A stretch of 20,547 bases of DNA, counting the filler. It is 5 parts of 5 records of this genome, joined end to end, with 100 filler letters (N's around TTAATTAATTAA, not from the genome) between each part and the next. Parts side by side here need not be neighbours in the genome. Positions count along the whole stretch, not along the records: positions 1 to 6,565 come from SRR9670534_1695; positions 6,666 to 11,301 come from SRR9670534_1703; positions 11,402 to 14,448 come from SRR9670534_1712; 2 more parts are not named here. One strand, 5' to 3'. The translations under genes were made by a program, and so were the position numbers. Every line of letters starts with the position of its first letter. Position 1 is the stretch's first letter. Below, in pieces: positions 1 through 11,402 of the stretch. A model generated the notes under the pieces. It had not been told where the DNA came from. It saw only the letters and a program-made list of their open reading frames with translations, and made no database searches.

Positions 1-716
1 ATTATATTATAATTTACCCACACGCTCACAATATAAATTACAAAATGACTAACAAGTTGAATAATCAGAAATATATCATGCCATATCAATTATAATAATT
101 AATGCTTTCTATTATTCTTCATTCTTTATAATTCATGGTGCAGTTTGGTAATTTAATAAGTTAAATTTATTATTAATAAATAGCATTAATAATATTTATG
201 TACCATTTTAATTATTAGTACAATTATTTACTGTTATAACAATAACTATAGTGACCAATTATGCAAATTTATGTAAATAAATTTTATTTCAAAGATAAAA
301 ATGAAATAAATTTAAAAATAAAAATAAAATAAGAAATCATGTTAAATTAACATATTTCAAATTAATAATTTGGCATTGATTATTATTTATTACTCAAGTA
401 CTATTAATACTTGGAGTACTACTGCTTATTCTTCAACATGCCAATTACAAGATTCATATTTCAGAATGTCAATATTTTATCATGAATAATAATAATATTG
501 ATAACAACTTCGTGAATATACGCCTTATATGCATTCAACGGTCGTCATTCGGATGGATAGCCATTTATTGCTTCCAAGAAGAATAAGTTTGATAAAATTG
601 ATATGTATATAAGAATAATATTTATTCTTTGAGCTCAATCCTCCTTTGTTTGATTAATAAATATTGTGATACCTGCAGTTGCTGATACAAATAAACTTAT
701 TAATTATTGATCCAAT

Positions 717-3700
717 ATGACGGAAGGCAGAAATGAAGGAGATGATTATAGCATTCCAAAGAAGAAAATCACTGCTGGAATTGGAAAATTTAGACCTGCA
801 TGTCTTCAATGCTTCTTGTCACCTTGGGCATTTTTGGCTGCTTTGTCCACTATGGGTATATTATTATTAATAATAATACTCTTAATAATAATGCTAAAGC
901 TTATTCATTTATGTTTTTCGTTTCTCATATTTAGCTTATTATGTAATAGTTGTCATTTATTATAGTACATTCATTTATTTATGAGTACAAATTAATATTT
1001 AAAAAACTTATTAATTTATTGAATTATTTTAAAAGTATTTATTAATAGTTGTTTTAATTGTGTTAGACTTTTTAACAATTAGTATGCTAATAAAGTTGGT
1101 TTAATTAGTATTATATATAATAACATTAATTTAAATAATTAATATAACTCCAAATTTTAATTTCAAAAATTGGTCAGGCATGCATAACCTTATATCCTAA
1201 TTATAAATATTTTTTAATTACTTCTTCACTCCAATTTGACAATTTGACCTTATTATTACTAATAATGTAAATTATATTAAAATAATTAAATCATAAATTA
1301 ATATCTAATAATTTGATAAATTATTAATAATATAATTTTATAACTTATCTGTAATTGTTAAAAAATTAGAAACTTTGTCCTTGTTATCAATATAATAAAA
1401 TTGGTTAACAAAATTAATTTAATTATTAAAAAATACCTAAAATAATATATAAGTGTAATTTCCATAGCTAAACATAAGTTTTTTATTAATAAGCCTTATT
1501 AATTTAGTTGCCTGTAATAATATCTTAAAGATTTCGAATAATAAAATTTACTACATATAAATTTGAATAGTTTTAATAAAACATTTTAAGAAGCATTACT
1601 TATTATACCACCAATAATACCAAATTGTTACAAATATGTAATTTTTTATATCTGTCATTGTTTGTTATTCCATATTTGTATGTCTATTAATAACTTAATG
1701 AATGATAAATCATGTACTGTGTTGTACTAATATGAGTCAATCTAATATAATTTTTCTTAGCATTTGCTCAAGGTATGGCCTCAAGTGGCCTGATAAGTGG
1801 AACCATTGCTGCAGTAGAAAGAAGATACAGGTTACCTACCTATCAGGCTGGTTTCATTGCTGCTGCTTACCATTTTGCTGGAGCAGTGGCTACCATGCTT
1901 GTCGCCATTTTTGGCGCCAAGGGGCACAAGCCTATGTGGCTGTTTTGTGCAACAATATTATATGCTCTTGGGTCTCTGACTTATGCAGTACCTCATTTTG
2001 CTGTTGGTGACTACAATATTGTAGCAACCAGCCTCACCTCTCAATGCGCCAAAACAGGTGAGATAAATGATGCATTGCTTATCATAACACACCTTATGAG
2101 TGCATTTATCTTTATTAATTATTCAATATTAATTTTCTGGACTATTATTAGAATCATATTAACCTGTTCAGGAACTGAATTTGAATTGTTAACTTAAAAT
2201 TTTAATAAGGCTGTTAATTTCAGAGTTTCCAATTTTAAATTTCAATTTTATTAATACTGGATATGAATAACAAAATAATTTTGTCAAAATTTATATCAAT
2301 TACTGAATATATTTATGTTATTATTAATAATAACTAATCTGTATTTGATAATCGATTATTGATTAATATACTTATATAAATCAATATTTTTTAATCTATA
2401 ATTAATCAATATTTATATTATATATTAAATGATTTCAATACTAAAATTAAATTGAAATTAAATTATTAAATATAAATGTAATGAATTTTAATTAAATTAA
2501 AATATAGCTAAAGTAAATCAATACATAAATGACTTTTTAATAAAACTAAAATAAATGAATACATAAGTAATATCTTTAATTAAATTACTAAATTTAAATG
2601 CACTTAATATTGGAATCAATTGTTAGGAAATGTAACTTCACTGTGTGATGCTGTATCAGAAGAGGAGAAAAATTTGAACGGATACCTTGGGGTATTTTTT
2701 CTTGGCAATTTTCTTCATGGTTTAGGTGGGACAGCATATTGGACATTGGGTCCTGTCTTTGTGGACGAAAATGTCAGGAACACCCAATATTCCATGTTTA
2801 TGGGTAACACATATCTTCTGTGCAAAATTTTATTACCAATATATTGTTTGCAGTATCTTAATAAATTTCAAAATAAATATAAAAATATTTTTAGGAATTG
2901 TTCTTGGATTTGGGGCTTTAGGGCCTGCAGTTGGGTTTGTCCTTTCTGGTGAACTTCTAAAAATTTGGGTAGACTTTAATAAGGGAATGTAAGGAACATT
3001 TATACGATAATTAATTAAACTTAAGATCTAGTCATATATATTGTGCTTGTTTTATAGAGGAGCTCCAGTGGTTGCCGGTGAACCAATTCAGGATACTGAC
3101 CCAAGGTGGGTAGGTGCATGGTGGGTGGGTTATTTTATAACAACAACAATATTTGTGGTTGGAGGGCTTTTGTTCGCTATCTTTCCTAAGGAATTACCGA
3201 GTAATACCATTATTATATTATTAAACCATATATTTCCATATATAAAAATGCATGCTTGTACAGTACAGTTAAAATATTATATTTTAAATATAGATGCAAT
3301 GTACATGATCCTATTGTACGTAACATATGTTATGACGCTCAATTGCTTTGAAGACATATTGTTTATTACGTTACAAATTACGTACCACATACAAAAAAAA
3401 CTTTATTGTGTAGTAACATGTAATTCATTACAGTACCATTACGTGCATCATACTACGGTATGCGGTCCAATGTAGTACACTAGTACCACTACTGTAAAAA
3501 TGAGCAACGTACACTGGAGTACTGTTACGTAATACTCATAATATATGGCAATATACAATACAGTCACTGCGGATGCAATTTATGAATGTCATCATGGTAG
3601 TACGTAAATAGTACGTAAGTAGTGCGCAAATAGTGTTATATAACAGTGTACATGTCGTGCATTTTGTTGCAGTATAATGTACATTGTACTACACCCATTC

Positions 3701-6157
3701 TACGATCACACTGTACAACATATATACATGTATTCTGTATACGTGCATTGTATACATATACAGTACGGTACGTTGACAGCGTACTACAATATTATATGCA
3801 TGCGAATGCCATGTACGGCACATGAATATGTATGCATCAAGTACACTGTACTATAGTACGTGACAAGCGTCACGTTACGGTAATATGGAATAATATCTAG
3901 TAGATGACCTTTTATTAATCAAGATTTGTAATATTTGATACTGTAATACCAGTACATATACAGCTGTTACTTCACACAACGTAGCATTAACGGTACATCA
4001 GTAACACAATTCATCAAATATTTATACCACATATTATCTTAACGTTTCAGATGCAGAAAAAGTTAGAGCTGAAAAAAATGCTGAAAGTGCTGTTACTGTA
4101 AAGGATGGCGAACAGAAGGATTCCCTTAAAGTGACTTTTTTGGCAGTTATGAAAAATTTAACATTCATCTTCATCAGTTTTCTTCAAACTACTGAACAAC
4201 TGTTAATCATAGCCATGGCAGCATTTTTCGTAAAATATTTCATAGTCAACTTTGACATGCCTTCTGGGCAGGGTAGTCAAATAGCTGGTGCCATTGCAGT
4301 TGTTGGTGCTGCAGGTGGGAACATTGGTGGTGGAATAATTTCTACCAAAGCAAAGTTGAAGATAAGAGGAATGAGAAACATGCTTTTGATTTGCTCAATT
4401 TGCTTCATTGGATTTACAGCCTGTTTCATGCTGCCTTGCAACACAGCTACAAAGATTGGAGTAGAACGTAATTATACAGATATTGCCAGGTAACAAAAAT
4501 GTTGTATTATTTTTGAATTTCAAAAGATCAAACTTTAAATTTAAAAAAGTTCATTTTTTAAATTTAATTTATGTTATAAATTTTTCTAAATTTATATTTA
4601 ATTTATATATTTTATAATTGTTATTTATATTTATTACATACTATACTTATATTACGTAATATGAATAACAATAATATCAAAAAGTTCAAAAGTATAGTAA
4701 AAATAAGTTAAATATTAAAAAATTTCAATGTAAGTGAAATAATTTTTTATAACAAATATTTCGAATAATAATAATGTTTGTTCAATTATAGCAAAGAATT
4801 GCTGACAAAAGTAGATCTAGACACTGTGTGTAATAATGGCTGCAGATGCGATATTGTTAATTACCAGCCAATATGTATTGAGACAAAAAACAAGGAAGAT
4901 AAACTCGTAGATTTTCAATATTACAGTAGATGTCATGCAGGTTGCGAAAAAGATCAGGTATTACAATTATACTTTTTGCAGTCTACATATAACAATATGA
5001 TTATGTACCTAGAACAATGTCTCATGTACAATACACAATACATCATGTTCATTGCGTTTTACCTCACGCTCATTAATATGTTTCATGTAAATTTCATAGT
5101 ACGTCATGCACATTGCGTAATACGTCATGTACATTATGTATTACGTCATATACATTACGTAGTACGTTATGTAAAATGTCTAGTACGTCATGTACATTAT
5201 GTAGTACGTCATGTACATTACGTAGCACGTTACGTATAATGCCTATTGCGTCATGTACATTAAGTAGTACGTCATGTACACTACGTAGTACGTTATGTAC
5301 AATGCCTATTACCTCATGTGCATTATGTAGTACGTCATATACATTACGTAGTACGTTAGGTACAATGCCTAGTACGCCATCTACATTATCTAGTACGTCA
5401 TATACATTACGTGGTACGTTATGTATAATGCCTATTATGTCAAGTACATTATGTAGTACGTCAAGTACATTACGTAGAACGTTATGTACAATGCCTAGTA
5501 TGCCATATATATTACGTAGTACGTTATGTACAATGCGTAGTACCACATGTGTACTATGTAATACTTCATGTATATTATGTACTACGTCATGTACATTATG
5601 TAGCACTTCAGGTAAAATTATTGTACTACAATACATATTTGATGCACAGAGCTTACGAAGCACCAACACGTGCTTCGCAGTTAGCGTTAATAGGTTATAT
5701 AAAATTACTGGTTTCCTATTATGCAAAGATTGCCAAAATTTTAATGTATGTGCATCTGAATCTTAATCCATAACGTATCATGTAAATCTTATGCAGTTAC
5801 TGTTCTACGCTACGGTAAGACCAATTTTGATTGAATATTTATTTAGAATTTAACTGACTGTCCTTGTGTTAAAAATATGATGAAGGTCAATGAACTAACC
5901 TTTGACAAGGGACTTGAGGAAAAATGTCCTGGTCATTGTGGATGGAGTCAATATCTTTTTTATTTTTTAGTTTTTTGTGGTATGTTGATGTTATTTATGG
6001 GACAACCATTAGTACAAGCCATGACTGTGAGGTTTGTGCACTTTGCTAAATTCATAAAGTTATCACGTTTAATTTACCTAATGATTTTTTAGATCTGTCA
6101 TTGGAGAACATAGAACAATGGCTGTAGGAATTCAATTTACTGTGGCTAGACTATTAG
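717..6157 (+). CDS. Organic anion transporting polypeptide (OATP/SLCO family, SLCO4/5-like), 9 exons, 3' end missing
   Basis: Exons 717-855, 1761-2057, 2627-2803, 2895-2988, 3058-3200, 4051-4489, 4792-4957, 5847-6031 and 6093-6157 all have GT-AG boundaries and compatible phases (~568 codons). The protein has the OATP signature DPRWVGAWWVGY, N-terminal GIGKFRPACLQ, FAQGM..G...AVERRY, a Kazal-like loop (CNNGCRC..YQPIC..YYSRCHAGC..NLTDCPC), and RSV...RTMAVGIQFTVARLLG. The contig ends at 6565 before the final TM exon(s). Confidence 0.95.
5100..5603. repeat. 21-bp minisatellite, 24 units, with a 63-bp higher-order period, in SLCO intron 7
   Basis: Consensus TACGTCATGTACATTAYGTAG. Usually every third unit is the variant TACGTTATGTACAATGCCTAK. 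Register is kept from 5100 to 5603 (504 = 24x21). Confidence 0.95.
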
Positions 6158-6299
6158 GTTATCAATATTGCTAGTAGATAATATTATATAATAGTATCCA
6201 AAAAGTATAGATTAGAAGATAATTTAATGATTTTTTGAACTTCAAATGCTTCATTGAATGCTTCCAAATTTATGATCAATTTATCTATACCAATTTATG

Positions 6300-6500
6300 T
6301 ATATAATTTAATATCAATATTGATTCTTATGGTTCACCAATATCATTATTGATTTATATGATTTAGTATCGATATGGACTTATGTAGAATTAATATATTG
6401 ATTATATTGATTAAGATGATTTGCCAATATCGATATTGATTTTTGTAATTCAAAATCAGTATTTATTCATATGGTTTGTCAGTATCAATACTGATTAGGA
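6300..6500. repeat. Degenerate tandem repeat with an AATATCGATATTGATT-like core
   Basis: Recurring atatcaatattgatt / tatcattattgatt / gtatcgatatggact / aatatcgatattgatt / gtatcaatactgatt units in the intron after the last SLCO exon present. Confidence 0.55.
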
Positions 6501-6565
6501 TGATATACCAACTTGAATTGGCAATAGGGTATCACAAAAATTTTTTTTGAGAATTCATCTGAATA

Positions 6566-6665
6566 NNNNNNNNNNNNNNNNNNNNNNNNNNNNNNNNNNN
6601 NNNNNNNNNTTAATTAATTAANNNNNNNNNNNNNNNNNNNNNNNNNNNNNNNNNNNNNNNNNNNN
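6566..6665. other. Artificial contig-joining spacer
   Basis: 44 N + TTAATTAATTAA (6610-6621) + 44 N, identical to the other three spacers; stop codons in all six frames. Confidence 0.98.
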
Positions 6666-8100
6666 AATAAAAAAAGCAAAACTTTAGAGAAGTTTTTTAT
6701 TTATTTATAAATTTTAAGTAAAATTTTAACTTTATAACATTATTTATTTGACAATTAAATACATTATAAAAAGCGTTAAGCTTAGTAATAAAATAGTAAA
6801 TAAACTAATAGCTAATAAAATAGTAAATATGAAATAAAAAATTTAATATGTATTTTATTAGTATTATTAATAATAAATTAATATTTCTATTTATAGTAAT
6901 ATAAAGATAATTATTATGTAATAGTATATATCTATGTTAGCATGAAAATAAACATTTTATATTTAGAAGATTACTTTAATAATTTACTTTACTTTAATTA
7001 CAAAAAGTTTAACAAGTTGATAATGTAATTTGTGAACAGCTTACAGGCAAAACTATTATTTTTATTAAAATAAACCTAGATACATTACATTTGCCAGCAT
7101 GTATAAATTATACAGTATGATAATACATGATGGGTAAACCTAGAATAGGTATGTTACACTTGCCAGAATGAATAATGTCAATTTTCGTACAGTATACAAT
7201 TATACAGTATGTACAATTGTACAGTAAATACAATTACTGTACAGTATTATAATATGTGATGTGTTATATTGTCACTATAATATTACTGTAATATTATTAC
7301 ATAGTATGCATGTAACAAGAAAGACATTTTTAGTTTTTGAAGCACAAGTTGTACTGCGCTGCGCTGCACAAGTATACTGTAGACGTTAGAGAACGGAACA
7401 ACAATATGAGACTCTTTGCAATAAGTAAATCAGCTATTCAGAAAGAAGTCTTTACCAATTTTTCTCATAATTTGAAGGTAATAAGTTACTATAGTAATAT
7501 ATGTAATAACTGTATTAATAATAATAACTACCTATTAATGTTTACAATTTCGATAGTTGGTAGTTTCTTTCCTCATGACCTTCTGCTATGTATTGTAATA
7601 CTGTACTATTAGTACATACCTAACCTACTTTGTAATACAAAGTTTGTATTATAGTTATTTCAGATATAATATCTCTGAGATGAGACTCATACTGTACTCA
7701 GTACAGTGTACTGTTCATACTATTGTATTACTACTACAATACTACTATTGCAATACTATAGTTTTATGCAATTCAATTGATTAATGATTACTTTCTTTCG
7801 AAGCTAATACATATAAGTTCTATGATAGAATATTATAATATTATTTACTGTGCCAACTGTAAGATAAAAAATATGATTAATTAATTTACTTTTTTATTAT
7901 TAACTCTAAAAGTTTTCCTTATTAATAATAACTCTAAAAGTACATCTTTCTTAAAGTTTTCCTTAATAACTATTTGATTATTAAGCTTAATTAATTAAGC
8001 TTATACAGGTATAACTTATTTGCTTTATTAATTATTAACAATACACAAATTGCTTATTAATAAATAATAATATAATAAAAGGGCGTTTTATTTAATAAAT

Positions 8101-8160
8101 AGGACCTCTAAAGAGCACTCTAGCGCCACACAAACAGTGCCTCTCAGTTCGCTTTGTTAT
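8101..8160 (+). promoter_or_regulatory. Candidate proximal promoter of the NIPSNAP gene
   Basis: A short GC-richer island (GAGCACTCTAGCGCCACACAAACAGTGCCTCTCAGTTCGC) in very AT-rich flanks, about 30-90 nt upstream of the inferred ATG at 8188. Confidence 0.4.
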
Positions 8161-8187
8161 AACTCCACCTTTCAAGGTTCACTTTCA

Positions 8188-9269
8188 ATGTTAAATGTTA
8201 TTAAACTAAAGTTTTCGGTATAACATTGTATCAAGTTTAGGTATCGCCCTAAGTTTTTATTACCTAAGGTATTAGGTATCACCTTGCATAGTATATATTC
8301 GAATAGTATTATAATTGTTACTAGCAATTTAGTAGTACAATTTTGTGGTATAATTTACTAACAATTGTACTAACAATTTTGTGGTTACAATTTGTAATAC
8401 AAATTTTGTATTCTGAATAATATTCAGTTACATTCTATACGGTATTTAGATGTATAGGTATTTATTAAGTTACTAGGTATTTAGATGTATATTAGTTATT
8501 AATAATAATAAGTTACTATTCGAATATTATTAAGTTACTACAATATTATTAACATTATTAAAAGTTTTAACACTAAAACTACATATAACCCATATTTCAC
8601 CAACAGAAAATTTCAAGACAACATCTATGTACTTCATCGTCATCTCACAATTGCCAGTCTTTGTATGAACTGAGAGAATATAACATAAAGCCTAAGTATT
8701 GGTTTGATTTCGTAAAGCTTACTGAAGAATACATCCATGTACGAAAAGAGTTGAGCAACATGGTTGGATACTGGAGAACTGAGTTTGGTCCTCTCTTTCA
8801 AGTAGTTCATCTTTATAGTTTCAAAACACTTGACGAACGCTTTTACAGCCGCCAAATGTTGGATAAGCATCCTGAGTGGAACTCATACCTAAAGAAAGGT
8901 CTGAAATATGCATCATCAATGAAAACCCAATTATTAGCACCTGTACCATCAGCAAACCTTGCTGCGAATGGGAAAAAAATGCCTCCCAAAAATAAACCCG
9001 GCATATACGAACTTGTACATTATATCGGTGAAGATTGTACTGACTTGGTGCAGGGGAAAAGCAGAGAACGAAGGGAACTTGTCGGCTTATGGTATGGTGT
9101 GTCAGGAAACGTAAGTTCTTCTTATGGCTTGTGGTACCATGAAACTCCTGACGAAAGTATCGCCAAACTACCACCAGGACAAAATGATTACTTCGAAAAT
9201 CAATATGATCTGGGCGTGGAAACAAATTCTCGTTTTCTTATTGCTATGCCATGGTCTCCATTACAGTAG
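8188..9269 (+). CDS. NIPSNAP3A: NIPSNAP family protein (NIPSNAP3-like), probably mitochondrial, 2 exons, ~230 aa
   Basis: The main exon 8607-9269 follows a CAG acceptor at 8604-8606. It has YELREYNIKP, VGYWRTEFG, VVHLYSF...ER, PPK..GIYEL, LVGLW and C-terminal PWSPLQ*, typical of NIPSNAP. The inferred first exon 8188-8217 (MLNVIKLKFS|GTATAA, phase 0) gives a basic, Ser-rich, acid-free N-terminus like a mitochondrial presequence. The family call is firm; the first exon and the 3A paralog label are less certain. Confidence 0.88.
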
Positions 9270-9560
9270 CTTATTACATGTTCATTATTATTATTGAAAT
9301 ATAATTTATTATTATATAATATCATACATTATATGATGATGAATCGCCATTGATGATACAGCTTTCATAGTTCACTTTTCAATAGATAATACTGTATTAC
9401 TGAAATGCTATTCTAGACTATAATTTATAGTGCATACTAAAATAATATTGTAACATTATCATGATAATGCATTGTTATCATACTCTACATACTACGATTG
9501 ATTTTCTTGAGAGGTGGTGTTTTCTTTATTATGTAAAAGTTAGATTTAGTATGGTAAGAT

Positions 9561-9621
9561 CATAAAGTAACAAAGGGAGAGTAGAGTATCATAGAGTAAC
9601 ATCTCCCTTTGTTACTCTATG
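9561..9621. mobile_element. 61-bp miniature inverted-repeat element with 20-bp TIRs and an 8-bp TSD
   Basis: Left TIR CATAAAGTAACAAAGGGAGA (9561-9580) and right TIR TCTCCCTTTGTTACTCTATG (9602-9621) are 19/20 complementary. The exact direct repeat GGTAAGAT flanks the element at 9553-9560 and 9622-9629. Confidence 0.75.
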
Positions 9622-10116
9622 GGTAAGATTTGTTACAGTATACTTAACTAAATTAGCATGCGGAGTAGCAATTATTATCCCAGGGAATAAAGATTATAAT
9701 TAGCAAAAAAAACACCTATATAGGAAAATAATACCTAATATATTTGTGATGTAATAGAACAAAAATTTCATTCTTGTCAAATAAGTTATAGCAATAAGTT
9801 AGTCTTTTGCAAATCTTTTATTTTTCATGATAAAAATCATTGATTTAGTGAAGAAAGGAAATATATAATATATTGATATACTACTATACTTATTAATATT
9901 ATTATAATATTATTAAGTATAGTAGTATATCAATTTTTGACTCAAAAATTTTGAGTCTCTTTAGGAAAAGAAAGAGTGCGTTGCTTATTAATAGAAATAT
10001 TAAAAATAACCAAAATTTATCGTTATTAAAGCATTTTAATAATAATAAGATATAACTGAATAATTTAATTTGCATAAGGAATTCCATACTGTAAAAAGTT
10101 CATTCAGTAGACGTTC

Positions 10117-10892
10117 TTACCAATCAAGTTCACAAATACTTTTGAATACCTAAAATGTAAAAAGACAATGAAAAAGACATTTCAATTTAGCAAAAAGCTT
10201 CTAAATTTTTCGCACTAAAAAAAGACAACACATTTTGAGTTCAGTGACTCAGTTGATAATGTAACCAGAAAGAACTTTCTTAGTAAGATACGTTACCTCT
10301 TCTGGTGTTTTGTTTCCATCAACAAATCTAACTAAATTTTTGCTCTTATAGTGATTAATGACTGGCATAGTTTCGGTAAAAAATGTTTGAATCCTAAAAT
10401 TCAATGATTACATCTTCATCATAGTGTCATGAATCGTGATATATCGTAGTAATTTACCTTTTTTTCATAGAATCTATGTTATCATCAGAACGGCCACTAC
10501 CAGCCTTACCCCGTTTCAGACATCGATCAATACAGACCTAAATTTAGAACATAATATATTACCAATAATAAATGCAATTTATTTATTATGAACTAAAAAC
10601 TAATTACATCCTCAGAAACATTGACTACCAAAACAAAACGAAGATTGGTTTTTTCAGACATAGCTTTATTCCATCCAGTTAAATTATTTTCATTTCGTGG
10701 AAATCCATCGATAAGAAAATTTGGTTTACCACTTTCTTGCATAGCTCTATCTAACAAGCTGCAAGTAATTTCTACAGGAACAATAGTTCCGTTCCTAATA
10801 TGGTTCTCAATAAGTTCTCCAAATTCTGAAGCAGTTCTACCCCTCTCGGCCCTTAAAAGATCTCCAGCTGACAAGTGAATGTAACCAAATTT
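10117..10892 (-). CDS. CMPK1: UMP-CMP kinase (cytidylate kinase), last 4 exons; first exon with the P-loop is missing
   Basis: Minus-strand exons 10892-10608 ([17 protein letters not shown]...[13 protein letters not shown]...[12 protein letters not shown]), 10537-10458 ([20 protein letters not shown]), 10393-10297 ([15 protein letters not shown]...VDGNKTPEE) and 10149-10117 ([10 protein letters not shown]) have GT-AG boundaries and matching phases. No GGPGAGKGT exon is visible before the contig ends at 11301. Confidence 0.95.
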
Positions 10893-11301
10893 CTACAACA
10901 TAATTGGTAAGCGATCATTATTAAGTACATAAAATTGTGTAGGTATACTAGGTATACTTCAATATGTACAAGTGTAGATACATCCAATGTGTCAGTGTTA
11001 CGATAAATTGCTTGTAGATCCAGCCCTCTTAATAAGTGACTTAATAAGGATTAAATAATTTAATTTAAATTTAATTTAAAGTACGCTGTCTAAAAAGTGC
11101 ATGGAAAAAATTGGCTTCATTATTATTATTAATAATAACTTAGTAGCAATCAATGTGATAATTTTAAAACATTTCTCCTACCCTCTAAAATAATTTAGTA
11201 AAATTGGTTTTTCAACCAAGCTTCATTTCTTTGGTTAATAAAGCGTTATTACCTATTATTATTATTATTAATATTATTAATGTACTACAGTATGTATTGG
11301 G

Positions 11302-11401
11302 NNNNNNNNNNNNNNNNNNNNNNNNNNNNNNNNNNNNNNNNNNNNTTAATTAATTAANNNNNNNNNNNNNNNNNNNNNNNNNNNNNNNNNNNNNNNNNNN
11401 N
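11302..11401. other. Artificial contig-joining spacer
   Basis: N44-TTAATTAATTAA-N44. Confidence 0.98.
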
Positions 11402-11402
11402 T

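Noticed and set aside
1702..2010. Cys-rich 102-aa ORF
   Set aside because: It is an alternative frame over SLCO exon 2.
5100..5603. CRISPR-like array
   Set aside because: The units are contiguous with no unique spacers, there are no cas genes, and the array sits in a eukaryotic intron.
717..6157. Fragmented ORFs as pseudogenes or an alternative genetic code
   Set aside because: The breaks are explained by canonical in-phase GT-AG introns under the standard code.
6610..6621. TTAATTAATTAA as a conserved biological motif
   Set aside because: It is centred in identical N-runs four times, so it is a synthetic linker.
7337..7612. 91-aa ORF
   Set aside because: Non-ATG start, low complexity, no recognisable motif and no convincing exon structure.
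8640..9225. Minus-strand ORFs 8640-8870 and 8821-9225
   Set aside because: They are antisense shadows of the NIPSNAP exon.
9902..10087. 61-aa hydrophobic minus-strand ORF
   Set aside because: It lies in the AT-rich CMPK 3' UTR region; the F/L/I/K composition reflects base bias.
10621..10878. 85-aa plus-strand ORF
   Set aside because: It is the antisense shadow of the CMPK exon.
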